A stretch of 64,000 bases of DNA from Clostridia bacterium (lineage in GTDB: Bacteria; Bacillota; Clostridia; TANB77; CAG-465), in the NCBI GenBank assembly GCA_045536565.1, contig JAZSNU010000013.1:32001-96000 (forward strand). The letters run 5' to 3'. The notes under the pieces are model-generated. The model ran no database searches. It saw only the letters and a program-made list of their open reading frames with translations, and had not been told where the DNA came from. Shown here in pieces: positions 38,413-47,965 of the stretch. Made by a program: the position numbers and the translations under genes. How positions within the stretch are numbered: the stretch's first letter is position 1; every line of letters begins with the position of its first letter.

Positions 38413-40473
38413 TTACATTGCACCCATTTGAGTAAAGTATGTTGCCATTTGCATTATACTTACTATCATTAGTGGCCCAACGAAATATCCTGCTACAAGA
38501 ATAATCATAGGTGTAAAACCAATTGCTTTTCCCATTGCAACTTTCTTCTGTATAACCCTTTCGTTTGCCTCTTTTCTTTTTTCATAGTAAAAGTTTCTTT
38601 CAGTTTCTAATTCATCAAAAGCCTCTCTTACTGGTATTCTCTCAACTGCTGAAAGTAATCCATCTACTATTCTCTTAAAATCTTTATTTGGTACTCTGTC
38701 TTTAAGTTCTTCTAATGCTTCTGATGCTCCTGCTTCATAATTGTTAAGCGCTGTTGCTATTGCATCTTTAAAAGCATATGAATATCTTTCAAGCCATTCT
38801 AATATCGTTTGTACATCAACTCTTTCTATATACATAAGCATAAGAATAATTGATTGAAATTGCATTATTTCATTTTCTTTTTCCATTTCTCTCATTTTGT
38901 TTCTAACAAACATTATGACATCTGGTACAAAATACGCAATAAATCCAACTCCCAATGATATTATTAATTCCCAATATTTCAAGTATATCCCTTGAACTTG
39001 TGTTACTTTGTTATATATTCTATCAACTTGTTCCTCTGTTGCACTACCTTCTTTTGCCTCTATATCAGCCTTAATTTGGTCTTTTGTTATTTTAGAATCT
39101 CCTCTATATTCTTCTACATACACCGCATCTTGCTCTGCCATAAGATTTGCCGCTGCCTCATCTTCTTCTGAAAGCTTACCAAGTTCTAAAAACTCGTCTG
39201 CTATTCCAGTAAATACAGCATTAAAATCTATGTGATGCATATTTAGTATAAGTGTAAGTGAAAATACAAAACCAATTAATGCCGCTGCGACTTTATTTAC
39301 ATAAAACCACTCTAATGTCAAAAATGCGTTTGTGTTTTTTATCATTTCCGTTTTCTTTTTTCGCTTGGTAGTGTATTCTGCTGGTATTAAACCATCAACT
39401 ATCTTTCTTACTAGTGGAATAGAATATGCTCTATCTTGCCACTTTTTAGTTGCTATCCTATCAAATTTTATTTGATCTGAATCTTCTCTTATTACTCTAA
39501 GAGCAAAATAACAAACAAATATTGATATAAGTATAAGTGCTTTTATTATAAAGCCAAAGCTACTGTTGTAGAAGTTTATAAGTGCTGCAAAATTGCTCTC
39601 AGCCCAACTTTGTATAATATTTGTAAAGAATATTGGTGCTACTGCAATTGCTGTTAAACTTCTAAACATATAATTAATTTTATCTCTTTTTAATATTTCA
39701 AGATATACATCATTAACTATATTATTAAGATTCTTTAAATATATTGATGTACCGTCTACTTTTCTATCTCCTAGTTCCATAGTAAGATACGAAACACCTG
39801 CAAATAGTTTTAAAAATCTATTTGGTGCAGTATCATAATATTTTTCTAATTGAACTTCTGGATTATCTGCAAGTATTGCCTCTTTTATTCTTTTTACTTG
39901 TGGTGTAATTTCTTTATCTTCAAGTTCATCAATAGCATCATTAAAAGCCTCTTCTATCATTCCATGTTCATGGAATGAGTGTCTTATTTCAGTAAACACT
40001 TCTGGTATCTGTCTTAATATCTTATCTGCAACTCCATTAACTCTGTAATTAGTTATTACCTCATTAACTAAAAGAACTGCAATAATTACTATAAGTTGCA
40101 TGTATAAATCGTTCGTAACATTTATAAATATAAATAGTGCTACAAATATAAATATTACGGATGAAAGCATTATACTTCCTGTTTTTCTTCTTATTTCATA
40201 TTCAGTATAATCGTTAACCATTTCAAGTTTCAAACGAACTTTTCTAGTATAGTATTTAACAACTGGTATTGATATACATATTATATAAAATGCTTGATAT
40301 ACTCTATCGAATATATCTGAAAAACTAGTTTTTTTCTTTACAACAATCTGATCTTTTTGGAAAAGAGCACTATTTTTTTTATATTTTTTCTTCATCATAT
40401 TAAAATATATTAATAATGCTGCCATTCCTACAACAGAGAACGCGACTAAACCAATTGCTATATAAACTATCAT
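38413..40473 (-). CDS. Fused TadB/TadC-like (T2SS-F-like) pilus platform protein
   Basis: Two repeats of TM pair plus cytoplasmic helical domain; directly downstream of the assembly ATPase. Confidence 0.7.
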   Translation of the reverse strand: MIVYIAIGLVAFSVVGMAALLIYFNMMKKKYKKNSALFQKDQIVVKKKTSFSDIFDRVYQAFYIICISIPVVKYYTRKVRLKLEMVNDYTEYEIRRKTGSIMLSSVIFIFVALFIFINVTNDLYMQLIVIIAVLLVNEVITNYRVNGVADKILRQIPEVFTEIRHSFHEHGMIEEAFNDAIDELEDKEITPQVKRIKEAILADNPEVQLEKYYDTAPNRFLKLFAGVSYLTMELGDRKVDGTSIYLKNLNNIVNDVYLEILKRDKINYMFRSLTAIAVAPIFFTNIIQSWAESNFAALINFYNSSFGFIIKALILISIFVCYFALRVIREDSDQIKFDRIATKKWQDRAYSIPLVRKIVDGLIPAEYTTKRKKKTEMIKNTNAFLTLEWFYVNKVAAALIGFVFSLTLILNMHHIDFNAVFTGIADEFLELGKLSEEDEAAANLMAEQDAVYVEEYRGDSKITKDQIKADIEAKEGSATEEQVDRIYNKVTQVQGIYLKYWELIISLGVGFIAYFVPDVIMFVRNKMREMEKENEIMQFQSIILMLMYIERVDVQTILEWLERYSYAFKDAIATALNNYEAGASEALEELKDRVPNKDFKRIVDGLLSAVERIPVREAFDELETERNFYYEKRKEANERVIQKKVAMGKAIGFTPMIILVAGYFVGPLMIVSIMQMATYFTQMGAM

Positions 40474-40477
40474 TTAA

Positions 40478-42391
40478 TCACCCCCATGCTGTATCTATGA
40501 ATTTGTCAAAATCTTTCATGTCTTCTGGTGACATATTCTCTCTCATTGCTTTTATATTTTCTTCACTTATTGGATGAACCATTACATATTTTCCATCTCT
40601 AAACTCAACTATGTTATGATATTCATAGTTTGCTGTTTGTGTCATATGTCTAAAATACTCAGTGGCATTATCCATAAACGCTGTCCATTTATCTTCCATT
40701 GTCTTTTTATTTCTATAATTTTCGTTATAATTAAATGTTTTTTCCTTAGGTACACATTCAGTTATTCTTTCTATATACCTAGAACCATCTACACCTCTTT
40801 TTAAGTGTACATCAAAGTTTATAACATTAACAACTTGCACTTCTGCAACATCTTCATCATTAAACATTCCTATTTTTAAAAGTGAGTTTCTAAGCGCTGT
40901 TATCAAGTTAGGGAAAGTTTTAGCATGGTGAGTAAATAGCGTAAACTTAGATGCAACCTGTGCCATTTGTATCATCCACGCAGCAACCGGATCAGTTGCA
41001 ACCTCTCCTAGAATGTTAACACCACCATCTGTCTTTTTCTGAACATCAAGTCCCATTTGACCTGTTATTGTTTCAGTCTCTCTTAAAGACAAGATGTTGT
41101 TATGTGGATATATTTTTCTTAAATGCAACTCGAATGCTGTTTCTTGTACCCTGATTGTTATTGTAGGGTAGATATATTTCATTATTGCCATAAGCAATGT
41201 AGTTTTACCACAACCTTGCTCACCAGTTATTGCTGTTACCCTTGCTCCTCTGATTAAGAATTTAAGCATTTGTATAACTGGTTCTTTACCTTCGTGTGTT
41301 AATAATTGTTCTGTATTAAGTAATGTTGGTGGAGCAAACTTTCTTACGAAGAATGCCCAAGATTCAGAAAAGTTTGGTCTTAAAACAACTACACGGGAAC
41401 CATCTTTCATTTCGTTAATTTTGAAACCAACTGATTCTGAAAGTTGTCCAGGGTTATTATATTTGTATATGTTCTGACAAACTCTTTTAAGTTCTGACTC
41501 TGACCCAAATGATAAGAACGATAAATACATTGCTTTACCTTTATAGAATACCCAAACTGAATCATAAGACATTGGTATGTTTATCTTTCCAGTAGCATCA
41601 AGGTATTCTTCCATATCACCTACTTGATCAAGGAATGACGGAGGTATACCAGATACACCACCAGATACACCATCTATATTTTGGTCTCTAACCTCATCTA
41701 TAACACTGTATCCTTTATATCCTTGATATACTCTTTGAACAACAATTTCTAATTTATCATCAAAACTCAGTGTTATGTTTTCCATTTGCTCATTAAATAT
41801 TTTATCTATTTCTTCTGCTGTTACCACATATGATGGAACATTAGGGTCATACTCGAATTTAGGAACATCCAGTTCATATTCAGTAACAATTTGAGAAAAT
41901 GCATTATTCCCATATTTTTTCTTATATTCATGAAGTAATATTTCAAATTTATCTTGCGCCGTTAGTTTTTCGTAATTATCAAAATTTATTGCGTAATTTA
42001 TGTTTTTCGAATTTACTTTATAGTTATTTGATAAAAGATCAAACATTAAGGTTTTAACATACTTTTTATCACTAGAATCTGCATATGCTGCACCTTTTAA
42101 AGCCTTTTTAAGCTCATATTTTGTATTTTTTCTTCTTTCAAATTCATCTTCTGAAAGAGCTAAATCATACAAATTCATTCTTGTTATTTCATCAAATTGA
42201 TTTTTTATATAATCAGTTAACCCTTGCAAATTATATGCAAGTCTTTCTCTTTCTACTTCACTAACCTCTGCCGTTTTCTTTCCACCTTTTGCTAAAGAAT
42301 ATATAGCTAGTACAACAAAAGCAATTATTACAACTATAAGTATAAAGTTTATTATAAAAGTTGTTGACACGACATTAGCTCCTCCTTTCAA
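40478..42391 (-). CDS. TadA/CpaF-like pilus assembly ATPase
   Basis: Walker A GEQGCGKTT, E.AFEL Asp box, ILGEV Walker B, FTHHAKT His box, DGSRVVVLRP...FFVRKF; N-terminal TM. Confidence 0.85.
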   Translation of the reverse strand: MKGGANVVSTTFIINFILIVVIIAFVVLAIYSLAKGGKKTAEVSEVERERLAYNLQGLTDYIKNQFDEITRMNLYDLALSEDEFERRKNTKYELKKALKGAAYADSSDKKYVKTLMFDLLSNNYKVNSKNINYAINFDNYEKLTAQDKFEILLHEYKKKYGNNAFSQIVTEYELDVPKFEYDPNVPSYVVTAEEIDKIFNEQMENITLSFDDKLEIVVQRVYQGYKGYSVIDEVRDQNIDGVSGGVSGIPPSFLDQVGDMEEYLDATGKINIPMSYDSVWVFYKGKAMYLSFLSFGSESELKRVCQNIYKYNNPGQLSESVGFKINEMKDGSRVVVLRPNFSESWAFFVRKFAPPTLLNTEQLLTHEGKEPVIQMLKFLIRGARVTAITGEQGCGKTTLLMAIMKYIYPTITIRVQETAFELHLRKIYPHNNILSLRETETITGQMGLDVQKKTDGGVNILGEVATDPVAAWMIQMAQVASKFTLFTHHAKTFPNLITALRNSLLKIGMFNDEDVAEVQVVNVINFDVHLKRGVDGSRYIERITECVPKEKTFNYNENYRNKKTMEDKWTAFMDNATEYFRHMTQTANYEYHNIVEFRDGKYVMVHPISEENIKAMRENMSPEDMKDFDKFIDTAWG

Positions 42392-42402
42392 TGATATATT
42401 GG

Positions 42403-43218
42403 CTATAAATCTCTAATCTTTGATATTTCCATTATTTTCTTAACAATTTTTCTTACTTCGCTTATAAAGTAACCATTGTAATCTCTTGCATCTGCTTTCG
42501 CATTTTTATAAAAGAAATCAATAGCGGCACCATCGTTACAAGCATCCATAAATATATAATTATGCGGAACCGCAAATATTGGTGTTTTTGTTTTATATCT
42601 ACCTTTTATATTAAACAAATTGCATTTTGATTTATTCTCATAATCACCAATAACAATAATTTTGTTTTTATCTTTTATATATTCATTTTTCTCAATTTCT
42701 TCAAAAAACTCATCTAATCTTGCAATATCTTGATTAATAGTACATACTAACAAATCTGCATCTTCTATTACTTCCCTTACATAATCATTAATAGTTCCTT
42801 TTGGCAAATCTACAATTGCAAAATCATAAGCCTCATCTGCTTTTCTAACAATAGCAGGGAATGTTTCAGATAGAGATACAAATTGTTCTCTTGTTGTTAC
42901 ATTCGTACCATACATAATATCCAATCTTTGCTTTAAAACTGGTTTTGCATAGTTTCTTATACTTTCAGGTGTTAGTTTGTTGCTATCAACCAATCTAGAT
43001 AAAGCAGTCATACCTATGTTAGAATTAGAAAATATATTCATATTTTTTAATTGATCATAGTCTGTAAAAGAACTCTCAATTTTTCTTGTTTGCCAATGTG
43101 CATGTAAAAGTATTGCGTTTATATCTTCTTCCATTCCCATAAGAGTACTTACTGCTATCGCTGCATGTGTATTTCCTGTCATTCTTGAAACTGGGCTCCA
43201 AAACACTATTTTAGGCAT
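42403..43218 (-). CDS. Degenerate ParA/MinD-like (TadZ/CpaE-like) protein
   Basis: IVFWSP...TGNT deviant P-loop; YDFAIVDL; ADLLVCTINQD. Confidence 0.65.
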   Translation of the reverse strand: MPKIVFWSPVSRMTGNTHAAIAVSTLMGMEEDINAILLHAHWQTRKIESSFTDYDQLKNMNIFSNSNIGMTALSRLVDSNKLTPESIRNYAKPVLKQRLDIMYGTNVTTREQFVSLSETFPAIVRKADEAYDFAIVDLPKGTINDYVREVIEDADLLVCTINQDIARLDEFFEEIEKNEYIKDKNKIIVIGDYENKSKCNLFNIKGRYKTKTPIFAVPHNYIFMDACNDGAAIDFFYKNAKADARDYNGYFISEVRKIVKKIMEISKIRDL

Positions 43219-43220
43219 AT

Positions 43221-43946
43221 TTATCTATTCCTCCTACTACCGTTTTTTATTTCTCTTTTCATTTCATTAGATGTTACATCTTTTAAAATATCCGAACTAA
43301 TTTCTGCAACCAAATTAACAAACATCTTAGTATGCTTCATTATATCAATGATTCCACTATGTTGTGCCTCTATATCAGCAATTCTATCTTGATCTTCATA
43401 ATTTAATTCATACATGTTTTCGTTCCATTCAATTGCAAAATTTATTAGTTTATTTTCATAATAAACTTCACTTGCTCTTGTTATATAATATTTAAATAAA
43501 ACTTTCGTTAATTCTAACTTCTTATCTAGTGGTTTATATATCATCATTGTTTTAAGAAGCTCTGAATTTTTAGACATAGAAATATTTGAATATTCTACAA
43601 AGAAATATGTTTTACTTATTCCTCTTGCTCTAAAATTTTCATAAGCGACAGGATTATCTATATCAAGAAGTATATAATCATATAAAGCTATATTTAACTC
43701 TCTTTTGCAAATGTAATTTTCTACATCATGCATATTTTTAAATCCAACTGCAAAATCAATAGAATCATATTGGGTAATATACTCTTTTTCCTTAACTGAC
43801 AAAGAAGGTATTGTGTATTTCATTCTTTCTTCAACAGTTCCATCTATAACTAAAACTGTTTTCCCTGTATAATTTATTGCTTTTGCTAGATTTATAACAA
43901 AATCCGTTTTATTAACATATCCTGCTAGTGCAATTACTTCTTGCAT
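43221..43946 (-). CDS. Degenerate ParA/MinD-like protein
   Basis: G.VNKTD...NLAK...GKTVLVIDGT; YDYILLD. Confidence 0.6.
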   Translation of the reverse strand: MQEVIALAGYVNKTDFVINLAKAINYTGKTVLVIDGTVEERMKYTIPSLSVKEKEYITQYDSIDFAVGFKNMHDVENYICKRELNIALYDYILLDIDNPVAYENFRARGISKTYFFVEYSNISMSKNSELLKTMMIYKPLDKKLELTKVLFKYYITRASEVYYENKLINFAIEWNENMYELNYEDQDRIADIEAQHSGIIDIMKHTKMFVNLVAEISSDILKDVTSNEMKREIKNGSRRNR

Positions 43947-43967
43947 TTTATCCTCTCCTTAATATAA

Positions 43968-45155
43968 TTACTGTCCTAATGTTTGATTTCTTAAAGCTTG
44001 TTGTGCTGATATTTGACTAGATAATCCAGAAACTGCTGCTTGATATCCATCTCCACTTGCAGTAACGAATTCTGCCATGTTTGTTTCTATCTGCATTCTA
44101 ATATCGGCACTTAATTTAGCCTTTGCTTCCTCTGCAATATATTTATTGTTTTCCATATGTCTTCTTATTATATCGCTTGGTTGATATGTTCTTTCAACCA
44201 CATCATAAGATTCAATATAATATCTATATTCAATTGCATATTTTAATAATAAGTCAGTTAAATTATTTGTGAAATTAATATACTCTTGTGTTGTTTCTTC
44301 TTTTTTATCATCTTTGTTTTCATCAGCAGAATTTTCAGTATTAATATCTGTCTCAACATCTTCTTCTACTTCACTTGTTACATCTTTTGCAACTTCATCT
44401 GGTACTGATAACGCAACTGTTCCATCTGCAACATCTTTTTCTATTTTTTCTACCAAGTCTCTTTTGGCTATGTCTGTAATACTAACCTGGTTTCCATCTT
44501 CGTCAATAATAAAGTCTCCTACTTTTATTTGTGTTGCTGGATCTACATATCTAACACCATAAAGTTCCGAAGCACCTTCTGACAGATACACATCGACAAT
44601 AGCGCTGTTTAAATAGTATAAGTTTTCTTCATCTAAATACAAGTCAATAGCATTACCAGTAATTTTTCTAACTTTTATTTGTGGAATTACAATATACTCT
44701 AAACCACTTGCCATTTTCATTTTTATATCTATATATTCACCCTCAACTAATCCTGATGGTAACTTTACAGATGTTACTTCTTGTATTCTTTCATCAACAG
44801 TAACAACTTCATCTCCAAACATACTTCCAACCAATGGTATATTTGCTGGTATATTATATTTAGCTATTTTGCCTACTGCTCCATACCCAATAAGATTTGT
44901 AGGAGATGAACTAATATGAACTCTTGCAGATGTTAACATATCATCTGTAATTGTTTCACCTTGAATAACATCTCTATTTAGCATTACAACCTCTGTTGTG
45001 TAATTTGCTATATATTCTTCATTTGTCCCCTCTTTATATGAATTTACAACACTAATTGACCATATAAGAGTTATTGCAATACCGATTATTCCTATACCTG
45101 CGCCAATCAATATTCCGTATATTAATCTCTTTCTTATTTGACTCATTCCTATCAT
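43968..45155 (-). CDS. SAF-domain (RcpC/CpaB-like) pilus assembly protein
   Basis: TM then VVMLNRDVIQGETITDDML...VGKIAKYNIPAN (SAF) and LPSGLVEGEYIDI; start moved to ATG 45155 behind GGAGG. Confidence 0.75.
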   Translation of the reverse strand: MIGMSQIRKRLIYGILIGAGIGIIGIAITLIWSISVVNSYKEGTNEEYIANYTTEVVMLNRDVIQGETITDDMLTSARVHISSSPTNLIGYGAVGKIAKYNIPANIPLVGSMFGDEVVTVDERIQEVTSVKLPSGLVEGEYIDIKMKMASGLEYIVIPQIKVRKITGNAIDLYLDEENLYYLNSAIVDVYLSEGASELYGVRYVDPATQIKVGDFIIDEDGNQVSITDIAKRDLVEKIEKDVADGTVALSVPDEVAKDVTSEVEEDVETDINTENSADENKDDKKEETTQEYINFTNNLTDLLLKYAIEYRYYIESYDVVERTYQPSDIIRRHMENNKYIAEEAKAKLSADIRMQIETNMAEFVTASGDGYQAAVSGLSSQISAQQALRNQTLGQ

Positions 45156-45183
45156 ATGTACAACCTCCAATAATTCTCTTAAA

Positions 45184-45212
45184 ATAATATCGTATTTAAG
45201 TTGTATTTTCAA
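45184..45212 (-). promoter_or_regulatory. Putative sigma-A promoter of the Tad-like operon
   Basis: TTGAAA-17 bp-TATTAT. Confidence 0.55.
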
Positions 45213-45253
45213 CACATTTTTTTGAAATAACAATGTCTTTAACTAAAATATAA

Positions 45254-45288
45254 AAAAAATGTAATATTATTGTAATATTACATTTTTT
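45254..45288. terminator. Hairpin after the dacF-like gene, containing TGTAAT-N5-TGTAAT
   Basis: AAAAAATGTAATATTA-ttg-TAATATTACATTTTTT. Confidence 0.5.
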
Positions 45289-45333
45289 ATCTAACAAAAT
45301 ACTATGTTTTTCGCTTTAAAAATACTCTTTCTC

Positions 45334-46599
45334 TTAGAATATTTTTTCGTTCATCACATATATATTTAATGCTTTTTTCACATAGTCAAGAACCTTTGAT
45401 TTTTGCACATCTTGTTTTATTATGACATTTACTTTTCCTATTTGATTACCCTCTTTACTTGTATATATAACCTCACCTACTTTATCACCTTTTTTGAGCG
45501 GAGCACATAGTTTATTGTCCATTTTAATTTCTTTATGGCATTCGATTTTTTTACCTTTTTCATTTAATATACTTATGTCATTTTCAAGTATCGCATCAAC
45601 TTTTCCGCCTAAATATTTATTAATGTTTATTTTATCTATAACTTCACCTTTTTCACATATTTTTTGTGTTTCATAATTTGCAAATCCATAATTAAGTAGT
45701 TGCTTTGCCTCTTCATTTCTTATATCCGAACTTGGAGCAGTAAGTATAACAGCAACAAGAGACATTCCATTTTTTGTTGCAGTAGCACTTAGGTTATATT
45801 TAGCAATTGATGTATAACCAGTTTTTAAACCCGTAGCACCATCATAGTATCTTATTAATTTATTTGTATTAGATAATGCAAAAGTTCCTCCTCTTATACT
45901 ATCCATCCATATTGTTGTATATTTTGTTATATCTTTATGTTTTGTCATAAGTTCTCTTGACATAGTAGCTATATCTCTTGCCGTTGTATAGTGATTTTCA
46001 TCATCTATACCATGTACATTTACAAAATTAGTACCTGTCATTCCTAACTCTTTTGCCTTATCATTCATCATTTTTACAAAATTTTGTTCATTCCCACCTA
46101 TTAATTCTGCCATTGCTATGCATACATCATTTGCGCTAACTACACATATGCATTTTAATGCTTCATCTACTGTTATCTGTTCTCCAACTTTAAACCATAT
46201 TTGAGATCCACCCATAGATGCTGCATTCTCACTACATGTTACCATATCTGTGTATGCAAGTTTTCCCGAATCAACAGACTCCATTATTAAAAGAAGTGTC
46301 ATAATTTTAGTAACACTTGCAGGATAAGCCTTTTCATCTGCATTATTTTCATATATTACAGTTCCAGTATCCATATCCATTAATATTTGAGATTTAGAAG
46401 TAAAATTAAAATTAGCATCGCTTACCGCCGTTTTGGTTTCTACCTCTTTAACAGTTTCTACACTTTCTTGCATGTTATTTTCGCTTACTACTTCTTCTAC
46501 AACCGCAAATGTTGGAAGCTCTTCTGCTGCATATATAACTGGTATTATAATATTTACTATTAAACATATAATTAGCATTAAGCATATTTTTCTTTGCAT
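45334..46599 (-). CDS. dacF: D-alanyl-D-alanine carboxypeptidase (S11, DacF-like)
   Basis: PASVTK (SxxK), SAND (SxN), KTG; TKYTTIWMD DacF-like segment; signal peptide. Confidence 0.85.
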   Translation of the reverse strand: MQRKICLMLIICLIVNIIIPVIYAAEELPTFAVVEEVVSENNMQESVETVKEVETKTAVSDANFNFTSKSQILMDMDTGTVIYENNADEKAYPASVTKIMTLLLIMESVDSGKLAYTDMVTCSENAASMGGSQIWFKVGEQITVDEALKCICVVSANDVCIAMAELIGGNEQNFVKMMNDKAKELGMTGTNFVNVHGIDDENHYTTARDIATMSRELMTKHKDITKYTTIWMDSIRGGTFALSNTNKLIRYYDGATGLKTGYTSIAKYNLSATATKNGMSLVAVILTAPSSDIRNEEAKQLLNYGFANYETQKICEKGEVIDKININKYLGGKVDAILENDISILNEKGKKIECHKEIKMDNKLCAPLKKGDKVGEVIYTSKEGNQIGKVNVIIKQDVQKSKVLDYVKKALNIYVMNEKIF

Positions 46600-46659
46600 A
46601 AAAAATCACTCCTTATACCTATATTAAAGTATATGGAATGATTTTAATTTTATGAAAAT

Positions 46660-47751
46660 TTAAGTAATTACTTTTCTAAACTTTCCTATTAAATATATCA
46701 CGACAGGTACTACCACACCAAATAATATGTATAACAGACCTCCTATTCCTCTTGAATAATCTTCAAGTTCAAAAATATTGTTTACAGCGTAGATACTTAA
46801 TATATACTCTAAAAAAAGTACTGGAATAATCATATTCTTTCTACTATCAGTATTAAATATTTTTGTGATTAGTTCTGTAATAACATAGATAAGGGCAATT
46901 ATAAGTACAATATCTGTTACTATCCAAAATGTTATTGCTAGTGCTTCCATTCTTTCTAAAACCGTAAAAAGTTCAATATTTTTTAGTGCTATAAAATACG
47001 GCTGAGTAAAAGCCTGAGAAAGTTTAGAGCCAAACACGCCAACCGTTGTAAGTGTTATAACAGCACCTATTGATGCTGCAACAGTTACATATTTCATACC
47101 CGTTTTTAAGAAAATTTCTTTATCTTTTACATGCTCTACCAGAAACAACATACAAGGTAAGTACACAAAAATTGCAGTTATAGGTAAAACTCCCATAAAT
47201 ATATTATCTATATCATATATTGTTGTTGGATATATGTTTGCTATTTTAATTTCAGGTATTGTTATAAAAAAGACTGCTGCTATAAAAAAGAGAAGAGGTA
47301 TCCATATAAACTCACTGAATCTAGCAAAACCTTGTATATTATTTCTTGTAATTAAATACACTACGAAAAGAAGTGATATTATAAAGAACTCTATTTGAAC
47401 ACTTGTAAATATTGATGCCATGCATTTTTCTGCAAAATATCTAATTCTAAATGTTAAAAATATTATGCACATTATAAGATATAAAGCCATTACAATTTTA
47501 GCCCCTGTTTTTCCAAGTATTCTCTCAAAACTTCGTTCTAAGGATTTATCTTTTCCCTTCCTCATTATAGCGTAGAAAATATATAATAACACAAACATTG
47601 GAATAAGGGCAGCAAGAGAAGATATCCATGTGTTTTGCTCTGCAAAATATGCGCTATATTTAGGTACTATTCTTATTACAAGTGCTGCTACTCCTATAAC
47701 AAATATTATAAAGAATTGTCTCATACTTATCTTGCTTTCTATTTTATCCAT
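46660..47751 (-). CDS. Spore germination receptor B subunit (GerAB family)
   Basis: ~10 TM helices; KISMRQF, LERMEALAITFW. Confidence 0.85.
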   Translation of the reverse strand: MDKIESKISMRQFFIIFVIGVAALVIRIVPKYSAYFAEQNTWISSLAALIPMFVLLYIFYAIMRKGKDKSLERSFERILGKTGAKIVMALYLIMCIIFLTFRIRYFAEKCMASIFTSVQIEFFIISLLFVVYLITRNNIQGFARFSEFIWIPLLFFIAAVFFITIPEIKIANIYPTTIYDIDNIFMGVLPITAIFVYLPCMLFLVEHVKDKEIFLKTGMKYVTVAASIGAVITLTTVGVFGSKLSQAFTQPYFIALKNIELFTVLERMEALAITFWIVTDIVLIIALIYVITELITKIFNTDSRKNMIIPVLFLEYILSIYAVNNIFELEDYSRGIGGLLYILFGVVVPVVIYLIGKFRKVIT

Positions 47752-47954
47752 ACAAACCTCTCTAAATTAATTTTATTATTTAGCATTCCTAAAAGACTAT
47801 TGCTGTATTCATCCGAATAATAACTAATACATAAAACCACACTAAGCAGCACAACACTTCCATATATTATTAACTCTTTTTTATCTTTTGCTATTTTATT
47901 ACAAATTATATCTTGCACCGCAACTATTAAAAAAATAATCCATATAAATTTCAT
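47739..47954 (-). CDS. Small two-TM protein in the ger operon (putative D subunit)
   Basis: 71 aa, two hydrophobic helices with KKELIIY linker; AAGGAG RBS; overlaps gerB. Confidence 0.6.
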   Translation of the reverse strand: MKFIWIIFLIVAVQDIICNKIAKDKKELIIYGSVVLLSVVLCISYYSDEYSNSLLGMLNNKINLERFVWIK

Positions 47955-47965
47955 TTTTGTTCTCC

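Noticed and set aside
20973-45155. Conjugative element or prophage interpretation of the large locus
   Set aside because: No VirB4, coupling protein, relaxase, integrase or phage structural genes; the content fits a pilus assembly system.
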